Of a DNA stretch of 64,000 bases, positions 8,920-19,778 are shown in pieces; positions within the stretch are counted from its first letter, which is position 1; each line of letters starts with the position of its first letter. Origin of the DNA: Micrococcales bacterium (GTDB lineage Bacteria; Actinomycetota; Actinomycetes; S36-B12; UBA10799). The stretch covers positions 214,505-278,504 of the forward strand of contig JADJCR010000003.1 in the NCBI GenBank assembly GCA_016703125.1, in the 5' to 3' direction. The position numbers were made by a program, and so were the translations under genes. The notes beneath the pieces are model-generated. The model did not search any database and was not told the origin of the DNA. It saw nothing but the letters and a program-made list of their open reading frames with translations.

Positions 8920-10561
8920 TTGACTGACACCACGATCGAAGTGCAGCCGTCGACCAAGCGGCGCTCCGGCCTGTCCAGCATGTTGCTGGCCGATCTGCGA
9001 AAGATGGCCGCCGACAAGGGCATCTCCGGGGCCTCCTCCATGCGCAAGAGCGAGTTGATCGCCGCGCTGGGTGGGTCTGCCCCGAAGGCCGCCCGCGACA
9101 CTTCCGCTGAGCCTGCGGGTGAGTCGCAGAGCACACCGTCCGAAGACCCGCCCCAGCAGTCGTCCGAGAAGCCCGCCGGCGAACAGCCCGAGCGCACTGA
9201 GCGCCCAGAGTCCCAGGAGAACCGGGATGGTCAGCGCGACGAGCAGCGCCGTGAGGGGCAACCGTGACCAGAACCGTGATCGGGATCGGGACGGTGGCAG
9301 CCGTAACCGCCGCCGCCGGGGCCGGGACCGCAACCGGGACCGCGACCGCGACCGTGATCGCCGTCGTGACGAGAATGAGCCTGAGGTGTCCGAGGACGAG
9401 GTGCTCGTACCCGTGGCCGGCATCCTCGATGTGCTGGACAACTACGCGTTCCTGCGCACCACCGGCTACCTGCCCGGTCCGACCGATGCCTACCTCAGCC
9501 TCGGACTGGTCAAGAAGTACGCCCTGCGTAAGGGCGACCACGTCGTCGGAGCGATCCGACCGCAGCGCGAGAGCGAGGGCAGCGCCCGCCAGAAGTACAA
9601 CCCGCTCGTGCGCATCGACAAGGTCAACGGCTTGGAGCCGGACAAGGCCAGGGAGCGCAAGGAGTTCGGCAAGCTCACCCCGCTCTACCCGCAGGAACGT
9701 CTGCGGCTGGAGGGCGAGAGCCACAACATGACCACCCGGATCATCGACCTGGTGGCACCGATCGGCAAGGGCCAGCGCGGGCTCATCGTGTCCCCGCCCA
9801 AGGCGGGCAAGACGATGGTCCTGCAGCGCATCGCGAACGCGATCACCACGAACAACCCGGAGGTGCACCTGATGGTGGTGCTCGTCGACGAGCGCCCCGA
9901 AGAGGTCACCGACATGAAGCGTTCGGTGAAGGGTGAGGTCATCGCTTCGACCTTCGACCGTCCCGCCGATGACCACACCACCGTGGCCGAACTCGCCATC
10001 GAACGCGCCAAGCGCCTGGTGGAGATGGGCCAGGACGTCGTGATCCTGCTGGACTCGATGACCCGACTGGGCCGGGCCTACAACCTCTCGGCGCCGGCCT
10101 CCGGGCGCATTCTGTCCGGCGGCGTCGACTCGGCCGCGCTGTACCCGCCGAAGAAGTTCTTCGGCGCGGCGCGCAACATCGAGGAGGGTGGCTCACTGAC
10201 CATCATCGCCACCGCACTGGTCGAGACCGGGTCGCGGATGGATGAGGTGATCTTCGAGGAGTTCAAGGGCACCGGAAACATGGAGCTCAAGCTCGACCGG
10301 CGCCTGGCGGACAAGCGTGTCTTCCCGGCCGTCGATGTCGACTCCTCCGGCACCCGCAAGGAGGAGTTGCTCATGACCAAAGAGGAACTCGCCATCGTCT
10401 GGAAGTTGCGCCGGGTGCTGCACGCCCTCGACACCCAGCAGGGCATCGAACTGCTGCTGAGCAAACTGCGCGAGACCCAGAACAACTACGAGTTCCTCAG
10501 GCAGGTCCAGCAGACCACGCCGGCCGGGCTCGAAGCTGAGGCCTCGACCGGGGAACTGTGA
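8920..10561 (+). pseudogene. rho: transcription termination factor Rho with an Arg/Asp-rich N-terminal insertion; apparent single-base frameshift (possibly an assembly error)
   Basis: The Rho_N/SAP-like start (TTG 8920 ..[35 protein letters not shown]..) is in the frame of ORF 8854..9267. The RNA-binding and ATPase body (..[20 protein letters not shown].., Walker A PPKAGKT, ..[10 protein letters not shown]..) is in the frame of ORF 9071..10561. The switch is at GGGG 9255-9258, inside the RD-rich low-complexity segment. Start codon is uncertain (GTG 8941 is an alternative). Confidence 0.88.
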
Positions 10562-10580
10562 CCGGTCACTAGGACGCACG

Positions 10581-10626
10581 AAAGGGGCGGCGGCTCGATG
10601 GAGCCGCCGCCCCTTTCTGTTTGTGG
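10581..10626 (+). terminator. intrinsic terminator downstream of rho
   Basis: 16-bp perfect stem aaaggggcggcggctc / gagccgccgccccttt with loop gatg, followed by the T-rich tail ctgtttgt. Begins 20 nt after the rho stop. Confidence 0.8.
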
Positions 10627-10774
10627 TGTCGAGCCCGGCGCCGACGACCGGGCAGTTTGGTCACGTGGTTGGAGAACCTTCACCAGGGTGGAGGACCCAC
10701 ACGTGGCTCCTCCAACGTCGTTCACGGACTCCAACCTGGCGGGCAGCGGGCCCGGTCCCGAATCCCCTTGCCAA

Positions 10775-10793
10775 TAGTGTGTGACACACAGTA
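10775..10793. promoter_or_regulatory. 19-bp inverted repeat TAGTGTGTG-A-CACACAGTA (candidate PadR operator)
   Basis: 8 of 9 arm positions pair. It lies at or just upstream of the padR-like gene start (candidate starts GTG 10781, 10796, 10805). Confidence 0.4.
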
Positions 10794-11140
10794 TTGTGAG
10801 ATGCGTGGGTGATCAGCGGGAACTACACCAGCAGGAACTCCGGCGGGGCACGGTGGTGCTCGCGTGCCTGCTCCTGCTGCGCCGCAGCGAGTACGGCTAC
10901 CAGTTGCTGGAGGCCTTGCAGGCGGCAGGCATCGAGGTGGACGCCAACACGCTGTACCCGCTGCTGCGCAGGCTCGAGAAGCAGGGCCTGTTGGAGAGCC
11001 GGTGGAACACCGAGGATTCCAGGCCCCGCAAGTACTACACGACCAGCGTCACCGGGCGGCAGGTCGCTGCCGACCTCGCGACCGAATGGAAGGCACTCGA
11101 CGGGGCCCTGCGCGCCCTGATGGAGGAAGGAACATCATGA
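10781..11140 (+). CDS. PadR family transcriptional regulator
   Basis: ..GTVVLACLLLLRRSEYGYQLLEALQAAGIEVDANTLYPLLRRLEKQGLLESRWNTEDSRPRKYYTTSVTG.. is the PadR winged-helix signature. The true start may be GTG 10796 or 10805. Confidence 0.85.
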   Translation: MTHSIVRCVGDQRELHQQELRRGTVVLACLLLLRRSEYGYQLLEALQAAGIEVDANTLYPLLRRLEKQGLLESRWNTEDSRPRKYYTTSVTGRQVAADLATEWKALDGALRALMEEGTS

Positions 11141-12051
11141 CCACGTTGACCCAGCGGTACGTGAACGCCGCGGTGGCGGGGCTGCCCGAGCCGCAGCGAG
11201 ACGATGTGGCCGAGGAGTTGCGCGCGTCGGTGGCCGACGCGATCGACGACCTCGTCGCCTCCGGCCTCAGCCCGCAGGAGGCGGAGTCCCAGGCCCTGAC
11301 CGACCTCGGCGACCCCGCGGTCCTCGCCGAACGGTTCGGCGGGCGGCCGCGGCACCTCATCGGGCCGGCGTACTTCGGGCAGTACCAGCAGTTGCTGCGC
11401 ACGCTGCTCATCGTGGTCGTGCCGATCGTGGGCGTGGTCTGCCTGGCCGCCCAAGCGCTGGCCGGTGCGGCACCATTGGCCGCGGTTCTCAGTTGTGCCG
11501 GGGTGATGTTCCAGGTCGGTGTGCAGATCGCCTTCTGGGTGACAGTGGTATTCGCACTGCTCGAACGCACACACACGCCGGTGCCCTTCGCGCAGTGGAC
11601 CCCGTCCGACCTACCAGAGGTGGCCGAACGCCGTATCGGCCTGGGCGACACGGTCTTCGGGATCGCGATGCTCATCCTGGCGATCTGGGCGATCCTCTGG
11701 CAGCGGGACCACTGGCTGGTCACCGTGGACGGGACGGCCGTGCCGGTGCTCAACCCGGACGTGTGGGCCCCCTGGCTGGTCGTGCTCCTCGGCGTGCTCG
11801 CGGCCAGCATCCTGCTCGCAGTCGTCACCTACCGCGTCGGGCACTGGACGGTGCCGCTGGCGGTCGTGAACACCGTGCTCAACGGCGCATTCGCGGGCAT
11901 CGTGCTCAGCCTGTGGGCGCAGGGCACCTTGCTCACCCCCGGCGTGGCTGAACTGGTACCCGCAGGCCTGCTCAACCCCTTGCCATGGATCGTGGTGGGC
12001 ATCGCGGTCCTCGACACTGTGGAGGCCTGGTGGCAGGTGCTGCGCCGGTGA
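11137..12051 (+). CDS. PadR-associated integral membrane protein (function unknown)
   Basis: ATG 11137 overlaps the padR stop (ATGA). Soluble N-terminal helix region ([39 protein letters not shown]..) followed by about 6 predicted TM segments. Confidence 0.65.
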   Translation: MTTLTQRYVNAAVAGLPEPQRDDVAEELRASVADAIDDLVASGLSPQEAESQALTDLGDPAVLAERFGGRPRHLIGPAYFGQYQQLLRTLLIVVVPIVGVVCLAAQALAGAAPLAAVLSCAGVMFQVGVQIAFWVTVVFALLERTHTPVPFAQWTPSDLPEVAERRIGLGDTVFGIAMLILAIWAILWQRDHWLVTVDGTAVPVLNPDVWAPWLVVLLGVLAASILLAVVTYRVGHWTVPLAVVNTVLNGAFAGIVLSLWAQGTLLTPGVAELVPAGLLNPLPWIVVGIAVLDTVEAWWQVLRR

Positions 12052-12152
12052 GGCGGGCGTGGAATAGTCCGTCCGGCCCGCCCGTTACACTCGAAGAGCC
12101 TCCGGTTCACGCTGCACTGTTTCGGCGACCCGGAGACCATCAAAGGAGAGTC

Positions 12153-12368
12153 ATGAAGCCCGACATTCACCCGGAGTACGTCGAGACCACGGTCACGTGC
12201 TCCTGCGGCAACACCTTCACCACCCGCAGTACCGCCAAGAACGGCGTGATCCACGCTGAGGTGTGCAACAAGTGTCACCCGTTCTACACCGGCAAGCAGA
12301 AGATTCTGGACACTGGCGGTCGCGTCGCCAAGTTCGAGAAGCGCTTCGGCAAGCAAGCCACCAAGTAA
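12153..12368 (+). CDS. rpmE: 50S ribosomal protein L31
   Basis: ATG 12153 after [48 protein letters not shown] (C-x-C ... C-x2-C zinc form). 71 aa. Confidence 0.95.
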   Translation: MKPDIHPEYVETTVTCSCGNTFTTRSTAKNGVIHAEVCNKCHPFYTGKQKILDTGGRVAKFEKRFGKQATK

Positions 12369-13445
12369 GTGTTCGAGCGGGTCGCCGCGCTGGTCGATGA
12401 ACTGCGGTCGTTGGAGGCCGCTCTCGCCGACCCGGTCCTGCACTCCGACCCTGCGCGGGCGCGGGCGGTGGGCAAGCGACACGCGCAATTGCGTCCCGTC
12501 GTCCAGACCTACGAGCGCTGGCTGACCGTCGGTGAGGACGAGCAGGCGGCACGCGAACTGGCTGATGCGGACCCCGCCTTCGCTGTGGAGGCAGAGGAAC
12601 TGGCGGCCGAGCGCGCCGATCTCGCTGAACGCCTGAGCGAACTGCTGGTGCCGCGCGATCCGCTCGACGATTCCGACGCCATCCTGGAGATCAAAGCCGG
12701 TGAGGGCGGCGACGAGTCCGCGCTGTTCGCCGGGGACCTGCTGCGCATGTACGAGCGGTACGCAACTGCGCGCGGCTGGCGCATGGAGGTCATCGACCTC
12801 GAGGAGACCGCGCTGGGCGGTGTCAAAGACGCGACCGTGTCCGTCAAGGCCAAGGGTCGCACCGAGGTCGACGACATGCCGTTCGCCCGGCTCAAGTGGG
12901 AGGCCGGTGTGCACCGGGTGCAGCGTGTGCCCGTCACCGAATCCCAGGGTCGGATCCACACCTCCGCGGCCGGGGTGCTGGTGTTCCCCGAGACCGAGGA
13001 CGTGGCAATCAGCATCGACCCCAACGACCTGCGCATCGACGTCTACCGCTCGTCCGGCCCTGGCGGTCAGAGCGTGAACACCACCGACTCCGCCGTGCGG
13101 ATCACACACGTGCCCACCGGCGTGGTCGTCTCGTGCCAGAACGAGAAGTCCCAACTGCAGAACAAGGAGCAGGCGATGCGCATCCTGCGGGCCAGGCTCG
13201 TGGCGCTCGCGGAGGAGGAGAAGGCCGCCGAGGCCTCCGCCACCCGCAAGGAGCAGGTGCGCACGGTCGACCGCTCCGAGCGCATCCGCACGTACAACTT
13301 CCCGGAGAACCGGATCTCCGACCACCGCACCGGGTTCAAGGCCTACAACCTCGAGCAGGTGCTCGCCGGCGACCTGGATCCGGTGATCCGCAGTTGTCTG
13401 GACGCCGACCTTGCGCAGCGGTTGGAGTCGGCGGAGTCGCTGTGA
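12369..13445 (+). CDS. prfA: peptide chain release factor 1
   Basis: GTG 12369 immediately after the rpmE stop. GGQ motif in [12 protein letters not shown], and PVT in [13 protein letters not shown] (the RF1 PxT tripeptide). Confidence 0.95.
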   Translation: MFERVAALVDELRSLEAALADPVLHSDPARARAVGKRHAQLRPVVQTYERWLTVGEDEQAARELADADPAFAVEAEELAAERADLAERLSELLVPRDPLDDSDAILEIKAGEGGDESALFAGDLLRMYERYATARGWRMEVIDLEETALGGVKDATVSVKAKGRTEVDDMPFARLKWEAGVHRVQRVPVTESQGRIHTSAAGVLVFPETEDVAISIDPNDLRIDVYRSSGPGGQSVNTTDSAVRITHVPTGVVVSCQNEKSQLQNKEQAMRILRARLVALAEEEKAAEASATRKEQVRTVDRSERIRTYNFPENRISDHRTGFKAYNLEQVLAGDLDPVIRSCLDADLAQRLESAESL

Positions 13446-14226
13446 GCGTGCGCCGGCTCGTGGTGGGCAGGCTGCGTGACGCCGGCGTCCCGTCACCGGA
13501 GGCCGACGCGGACGCCCTCCTCACGTTCGTCACCGGCGACCGCAGTTTCGCGCCCGTCCTGTCCGATGCGCAGCGGGGTCATCTCGACGAGTTGGTCGCA
13601 GCGCGCTGCCGGCGGGTTCCGCTACAGCACCTGACCGGCACTGCCGGCTTCCGCTACCTCGATGTCCTGGTGGGACCGGGGGTGTTCGTGCCCCGCCCGG
13701 AGACCGAGGTGCTGGTCGACGTGGCATTGCGCGAGCCGTTCCGCAGTGCCGTGGACCTGTGCACCGGCAGTGCGGCGATTGCGCTGAGCCTGGCCACGGA
13801 AACCACGGCCGCCGTGGTGGCAGTGGAGGTCGACCCCGGTGCGCTGGAATGGGCGCGACGCAATGCCGCGGGCAGGGTCGAGGTGCTCCAGGCGGATGTC
13901 TGCGCCGATGACCTGAGCCACCTGGGGCCTGTCGACCTTGTGGTGAGCAACCCGCCCTACATCCCCGACGCCATGGTTCCGCGGGACCCGGAGGTGGCGC
14001 TGCACGACCCGCCGCTGGCTCTGTACGGCGGTGCTGACGGCCTTGACGTCGTGCGGTGCGTGATCGCCCAGGCGCGTCGCCTGCTGAGACCCGGGGCCGC
14101 CTGCTGCTCGAGCACGGCGAGCACCAGGCGGGCCAGATCCGGGCGTTGCTGGTCGGGTTCGCCGAGGTGACCACATGGCAGGACCTCACCGGACGCGACC
14201 GCATCACCGGCGGGCGCCTGGGCTGA
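13442..14226 (+). pseudogene. prmC: release-factor glutamine N5-methyltransferase (PrmC/HemK), apparent single-base frameshift (possibly an assembly error)
   Basis: GTG 13442 overlaps the prfA stop. Catalytic NPPY (VVSNPPYIP). After ..RRLLRPG the conserved end (..LLLEHGEHQAGQIRALLVGFAEVTTWQDLTGRDRITGGRLG*) continues in another frame to TGA 14224-14226. The G-run 14093-14096 appears one G short. Confidence 0.85.
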
Positions 14227-14256
14227 GGAGCGGCGTGGCGACGGATCGACGCCCCC

Positions 14257-14871
14257 CTACTTGCCCAGCGCGGCCAGCACTTCCGCTGCCGGGATCGCCC
14301 CTTCGCGCACAACCTCGACCCCGGAGCGCAGGTCCACCACGGTGGACGCGGCGCCCCCGGACAACTCGCCGCCGTCCAGGCCGATCGACACGGCGCTGGA
14401 ATCGCACGATGACAGTTGTGTCGGCGGGAGTTGGCCCGGGACCTGCGCGCCGGTGGCCGCGAGCGGTCCCACTTGCGCGACCAGTTGCAGCATCCACGGG
14501 TGCAGGGGCATGCGCAGGGCGACGGCGTCCGCCACCCCGGCCGTCCACGCCAGCGACAACTGCGGCTTCCCGATCAGGGTCAGCGGCCCCGGCCAGAAGG
14601 CGCTCGCCAGCACCTCGGCGTCGCGGGGCACCCGGCCCCACAGCGCGTGCATCGTGGTGCGGCGGTCGATGAAGACCGGGATGGCGGAGCCAGCGGGAAT
14701 GCCGCGGACCTCGCGCATCCGTGCGACCCCGGTTGCCGAGAAGGCGTCGGTGAGCACCGCGTAGTGGAAATCCGCAGGGGCCAGGACCAGCCGACCCGAA
14801 CGCAGGGCCGTCACCGCGGCGCGGGTTCCGGCCGCGCGCAGTTGCGGGTCGTCGCCGGGGTAGGTCCTCAT
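14257..14871 (-). CDS. L-threonylcarbamoyladenylate synthase family protein (YrdC/Sua5/YwlC domain)
   Basis: ATG 14871, 204 aa. ..LAPADFHYAVLTDAF..GSAIPVFI..FWPGPLTLI..LRMPLHPW..SGGAASTVVDL. The longer ORF to 15153 is upstream read-through. Confidence 0.8.
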   Translation of the reverse strand: MRTYPGDDPQLRAAGTRAAVTALRSGRLVLAPADFHYAVLTDAFSATGVARMREVRGIPAGSAIPVFIDRRTTMHALWGRVPRDAEVLASAFWPGPLTLIGKPQLSLAWTAGVADAVALRMPLHPWMLQLVAQVGPLAATGAQVPGQLPPTQLSSCDSSAVSIGLDGGELSGGAASTVVDLRSGVEVVREGAIPAAEVLAALGK

Positions 14872-14974
14872 CACGCGGTCATTGTGGCATCGGCCACGCG
14901 GGCTGGACGCGCAGTGCCGGGCCGCGCCGCAGCCTCCCCGTACACTGGCGCCAGACCTCGTCACAGGAGAATCC

Positions 14975-16237
14975 ATGAGCAACGTCCCATTCTGGGGTCC
15001 GGACTTCGGCCGGCTCGAAGCTGAGGACCCGGAGATCGCAGGGATCCTGCTGAGCGAACTCGACCGGCTGCGCAGCGGCCTGCAGTTGATCGCCAGCGAG
15101 AACTTCACCAGCCCCGCGGTCCTGGCGGCGCTCGGCTCCACGCTGAGCAACAAGTACGCCGAGGGCTACCCCGGCCGGCGCTACTACGGCGGCTGCGCCG
15201 AGGTGGACAAGGCCGAGACCATCGGCATCGAGCGGGCGAAGGCCCTCTTCGGCGCCGATCACGCCAATCTGCAGCCGCACTCCGGTGCCTCCGCGAACAT
15301 CGCGGTGTACGGGGCGTTCGTCAAGCCGGGGGAGAAGGTGCTCGCGATGAGCCTTCCCCACGGCGGCCACCTCACCCACGGCACGAAGGTGTCGTTCTCC
15401 GGGAAGTGGTTCGACGCGGTGCACTACGGGGTGAATCCCGAGACCGAGGACATCGACTACGACCAGGTCCGGGACCTGGCCCGGGAGCACCAGCCCAGGA
15501 TGATCATCTGCGGCGGTTCGGCGATCCCGCGACTCATCGACTTCGCCGCCTTCCGGGAGATCGCCGACGAGGTCGGGGCGATCCTCATGGTCGACGCGGC
15601 CCACTTCATCGGCCTGGTGGCCGGTGGGGCCATCCCCAGCCCCGTTCCCTTCGCCGACGTCGTGACCTTCACCACGCACAAGGTTCTGCGCGGCCCGCGA
15701 GGCGGCATGATCCTGGCCACCTCCGAGCACGCGGCGGCCATCGACAAGGCGGTGTTCCCGATGATGCAGGGCGGCCCGCTCATGCACGCGGTGGCGGCCA
15801 AGGCCGTGGCGCTGAAGGAAGCGGCCACCCCGGCGTACCAGCAGTACGCGCGCGATGTCATCAGCAACGCCCAGGCCCTCACAGCCGGGTTGGAGGCCGA
15901 GGGCATGCGCGCGGTGACTGGTGGCACCGACACCCACCTGGCCCTGCTCGACCTGCAGGCACTGGGGGTCACCGGGGCGCAGGCCGAGCAGCGCTGCGAT
16001 GCCGCGGGGATCGTGCTGAACAAGAACGCCATCCCGTTCGACCCGCAACCGCCGAGCGTGGCCAGCGGGATCCGCGTGGGCTCGCCGAGTGTGACCACCC
16101 AGGGCATGGGCGTCACCGAGATGAAGGAGATCGCCTCCCTGATCGCACGGGCCGTGCGGGAGCCGGACGCAGCTGACGAGGTACGGGCCGGGGTTGACAC
16201 CCTGGTGCGGGCGTTCCCCGCCTACCCGGCCGGCTGA
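14975..16237 (+). CDS. glyA: serine hydroxymethyltransferase
   Basis: ATG 14975 after AGGAGA. LIASENFTSPAVLAALGS, YAEGYPGRRYYGGC, and PLP-lysine in TFTTHKVLRGPRGG. Confidence 0.95.
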   Translation: MSNVPFWGPDFGRLEAEDPEIAGILLSELDRLRSGLQLIASENFTSPAVLAALGSTLSNKYAEGYPGRRYYGGCAEVDKAETIGIERAKALFGADHANLQPHSGASANIAVYGAFVKPGEKVLAMSLPHGGHLTHGTKVSFSGKWFDAVHYGVNPETEDIDYDQVRDLAREHQPRMIICGGSAIPRLIDFAAFREIADEVGAILMVDAAHFIGLVAGGAIPSPVPFADVVTFTTHKVLRGPRGGMILATSEHAAAIDKAVFPMMQGGPLMHAVAAKAVALKEAATPAYQQYARDVISNAQALTAGLEAEGMRAVTGGTDTHLALLDLQALGVTGAQAEQRCDAAGIVLNKNAIPFDPQPPSVASGIRVGSPSVTTQGMGVTEMKEIASLIARAVREPDAADEVRAGVDTLVRAFPAYPAG

Positions 16238-16247
16238 GCCACCGGTC

Positions 16248-17339
16248 GTGCGCGAGTACCTGGTCTGCTTCCTCGTCGCCGCAGCCGTCACCTACCTGCT
16301 GACGCCGCCGGTGCGCAGGCTGGCCATCCGTGCCCGGGCCATGGCCGAGGTGCGCGACCGGGACATCCACGCCACACCCACCCCGCGCTGGGGTGGGCTG
16401 GCCATGTACGGAGGCTTCCTCGCCGGGCTGCTCATCGCGAGCAAGTTGCCCGGGATGACCGTGGTGTTCGAGGGCAGCCGGCAACCGCTGGCACTCGTTG
16501 TCGGCTCCACCCTGATCGTCGGACTGGGCCTGCTGGACGACCGCTACGGCCTGGACGCGCCCACGAAGTTCGCCGGGCAGGCGCTGGCGGCTGGCTCGAT
16601 GGCGTTCCTGGGCATCCAGATGGTGTGGCTGCCGATCGGCGGGACGCTGGTCCTCGACCCGCTGACCAGCGTGCTGCTCACCGTGCTGTTCGTGGTCCTC
16701 ACCATCAACGCCGTCAACTTCGTCGACGGCCTCGACGGCCTGGCCGCCGGGATCGTGGGTATCGCCGCGACCGCGTTCTTCGTCTACGCCTTCCTGCTCT
16801 CCGTGGACTTCGGCTTCGACCGGGCGACCCTGGCGGCCCTGATCTGTGCGCTGCTGGCGGGCATGTGCGTGGGGTTCCTGCCGCACAACCTCAACCCCGC
16901 GAAGCTGTTCATGGGGGACACCGGCTCCATGCTCATCGGCCTGCTGCTGGCGGCCAGTGCGATCACCCTGTCCGGTCGGGTCGACCCCAGTGCCGTGCGT
17001 GGGGAGCTGCTCCTGCCGGCGATCCTGCCGTTGCTATTGCCACTGGCGGTGATCGCGGTGCCGCTGCTCGACGTGGCGATGGCCGTGGTGCGCCGGACGC
17101 GTCGCGGCCGCAGCCCGTTCGCCCCGGACAAGGAGCATCTGCACCACCGGCTGCTGGAACTCGGTCACTCCCAGCGTCGTGCGGTCGGTCTGATGTACGC
17201 GTGGACGGCCCTCATCGCCTTCTCCGCGGTTGCGGTGGCACTGATCCCGTGGCCGATGGCCCTGGTCATCTTCCTGCTCGGGCTGGGGGGCCTGGCGTTG
17301 CTCGTCTCGCGGCCGGCAGGGGCCGCGTCCCGGCGATAA
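16248..17339 (+). CDS. wecA: polyprenyl-phosphate GlcNAc-1-phosphate transferase (MraY/WecA glycosyltransferase family 4)
   Basis: GTG 16248. Polytopic membrane protein with NAVNFVDGLDGLA and FLPHNLNPAKLFMGDTGS. Sits before the atp operon as rfe/wecA does in other actinobacteria. Confidence 0.8.
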   Translation: MREYLVCFLVAAAVTYLLTPPVRRLAIRARAMAEVRDRDIHATPTPRWGGLAMYGGFLAGLLIASKLPGMTVVFEGSRQPLALVVGSTLIVGLGLLDDRYGLDAPTKFAGQALAAGSMAFLGIQMVWLPIGGTLVLDPLTSVLLTVLFVVLTINAVNFVDGLDGLAAGIVGIAATAFFVYAFLLSVDFGFDRATLAALICALLAGMCVGFLPHNLNPAKLFMGDTGSMLIGLLLAASAITLSGRVDPSAVRGELLLPAILPLLLPLAVIAVPLLDVAMAVVRRTRRGRSPFAPDKEHLHHRLLELGHSQRRAVGLMYAWTALIAFSAVAVALIPWPMALVIFLLGLGGLALLVSRPAGAASRR

Positions 17340-17372
17340 GCCCGGTTTACTCTCCGGTTACAGTGGAGGGAC

Positions 17373-17837
17373 ATGAATCCCGATTCCCCTGTTGCGGCCC
17401 GGACCATCGTGCGTCCGGCGATTGGAACTGTGGTGGCCGGCCTGATCGGCACAGTGTGGGGCGGGATCGTCGCCGGTAGTGCCGGCGTGGCGGCGGGGAT
17501 CATGGCCACCGTCGTCGTGCTCCTGTTCTTCGGCCTCGGCCAATTGGCTGTGCAGAGGGTGATTGCCAACAACCCGGCGATGGGGCTCAACGTCGCGCTG
17601 GGGGTGTACCTCGGGCAGATCCTGGTGCTGTTCATCCTGCTGCTGGCCCTGCGCGATGCGACATTCTTCGATCCCAAGGTCTTCGCGGGCACCATCGTGG
17701 CCTGCGCCCTGGTCTGGACCGCGCTGATCGTGGTCGGCCTGTCGGCGCGGCCCCGCACCTACGTGGAGCCCGAGTCTACCCTGGGCCTCTCCGACGATCC
17801 TGAGGTCGTTTCCCGGCTGCGGAAGAACGGCTCGTGA
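17373..17837 (+). CDS. integral membrane protein upstream of the atp operon (ATP synthase protein I-like)
   Basis: ATG 17373 after GGAGGG. 154 aa, 4 predicted TM helices. Call rests on position only. Confidence 0.55.
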   Translation: MNPDSPVAARTIVRPAIGTVVAGLIGTVWGGIVAGSAGVAAGIMATVVVLLFFGLGQLAVQRVIANNPAMGLNVALGVYLGQILVLFILLLALRDATFFDPKVFAGTIVACALVWTALIVVGLSARPRTYVEPESTLGLSDDPEVVSRLRKNGS

Positions 17838-17879
17838 AGGCGCGGGCCGACCACGGGACGGCGTGGGGGTGCTGGTAAC

Positions 17880-18128
17880 TTGAGCCAGGACATGAGAGTT
17901 CCGAAGACCGACCGTGAGACGCCCAACGTCGCATGGTCAGTGATGAACAACCTCATCGCCGGGATCCTCGTTTACGGGGGATTGGGCTACCTCATCGGGC
18001 TCTGGCTCGGTAACGCCCTCCGTCGGTCTGGCCATCGGTACCGTCGTCGGGCTCGTGGCGAGCACGGTCTTGATCATCTTCCGCCTGCGGCAGTTGGATG
18101 GCGGTCCTCACACACAGCGGGAGGCGTA

Positions 18129-18129
<1 letters not shown>
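17880..18129 (+). pseudogene. AtpZ/AtpI-family small membrane protein, apparent frameshift (possibly an assembly error)
   Basis: The N-terminus (..ETPNVAWSVMNNLIAGILVYGGLGYLIGLWLGN) is in the frame of ORF 17880. A hydrophobic continuation (SVGLAIGTVVGLVASTVLIIFRLRQLDGGPHTQREA*) runs in the next frame to TAG 18127-18129. The switch is near CCC 18016-18018. In the raw sequence the ORF fuses artificially into atpB. Confidence 0.55.
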
Positions 18130-19222
<1,093 letters not shown>

Positions 19223-19229
19223 GGCAAAC

Positions 19230-19778
19230 ATGACCTGGATGCTTGCTGCCGAAGAAGGCGGAAGCAACGTCCTGCGTATCCCGATGTTCGAGTTCGTCAT
19301 CGGGCTCGCGGCGTTCTTCATCGTGTTCGGGGTGCTGGCGAAGATGGCCCTGCCGAAGATCAAGCAGACGCTCGAGGAGCGGGCTGACGCGATCGAGGGC
19401 GGGATCAAGCGCGCGGAGGAGGCGCAGGCCGAGGCCCAGCGCACCCTTGAGCAGTACCAGGAGCAGATGGCTGCTGCCCGTGCCGAAGTTGCGGAGATTC
19501 GCCAGCAGGCCGAGGCGGAGCGCGCAACGGTCATGGAGGAGGCGCGCAAGGCTGCTGAGGTGCAGGCCCAGCAGATCGCTGCCAACGCTACCGCCCAGAT
19601 CGAGGCGGAGAAGGCGAAAGCACTGTCCGAACTGCGACGCTCCATGGGTGGCGTGGCCACCGACCTCGCCGGCCGGATCGTGGGTGAGTCCATGACCGAC
19701 GACGCTCGTGCATCCTCCGTGGTCGACCGCTTCATCGCTGAGTTGGAACAAGCCGGCCAGAACGGCGGGCAGAACTGA
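19230..19778 (+). CDS. atpF: F0F1 ATP synthase subunit b
   Basis: ATG 19230. One N-terminal TM helix, then a long charged helix (..RAEEAQAEAQRTLEQYQEQMAAARAE..). Confidence 0.9.
   Translation: MTWMLAAEEGGSNVLRIPMFEFVIGLAAFFIVFGVLAKMALPKIKQTLEERADAIEGGIKRAEEAQAEAQRTLEQYQEQMAAARAEVAEIRQQAEAERATVMEEARKAAEVQAQQIAANATAQIEAEKAKALSELRRSMGGVATDLAGRIVGESMTDDARASSVVDRFIAELEQAGQNGGQN

Noticed and set aside
8705-8923. 72-aa ORF (and 8618..8866 on the minus strand) inside the rho leader, as a possible leader peptide or small protein.
   Set aside because: It has no ribosome-binding site, atypical codon usage for this genome, and no recognisable motif. The region is better explained as an untranslated leader. 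A short regulatory uORF cannot be excluded without ribosome profiling.
12052-12152. GC-rich inverted repeat ggcgggc...gcccgcc after the PadR-associated membrane gene, as a terminator.
   Set aside because: The stem is short with a large loop and no T-tract. It is too weak to call from sequence alone.
14872-14974. Possible ZTP (pfl) or other folate-related riboswitch upstream of glyA, suggested by an ACTGGCG element.
   Set aside because: The 101-nt spacer lacks the conserved 3' CCGCCUGGGC-type pseudoknot partner and the other ZTP core elements I can recall. The match is a 7-mer only. An Infernal/Rfam scan would be needed to be sure.
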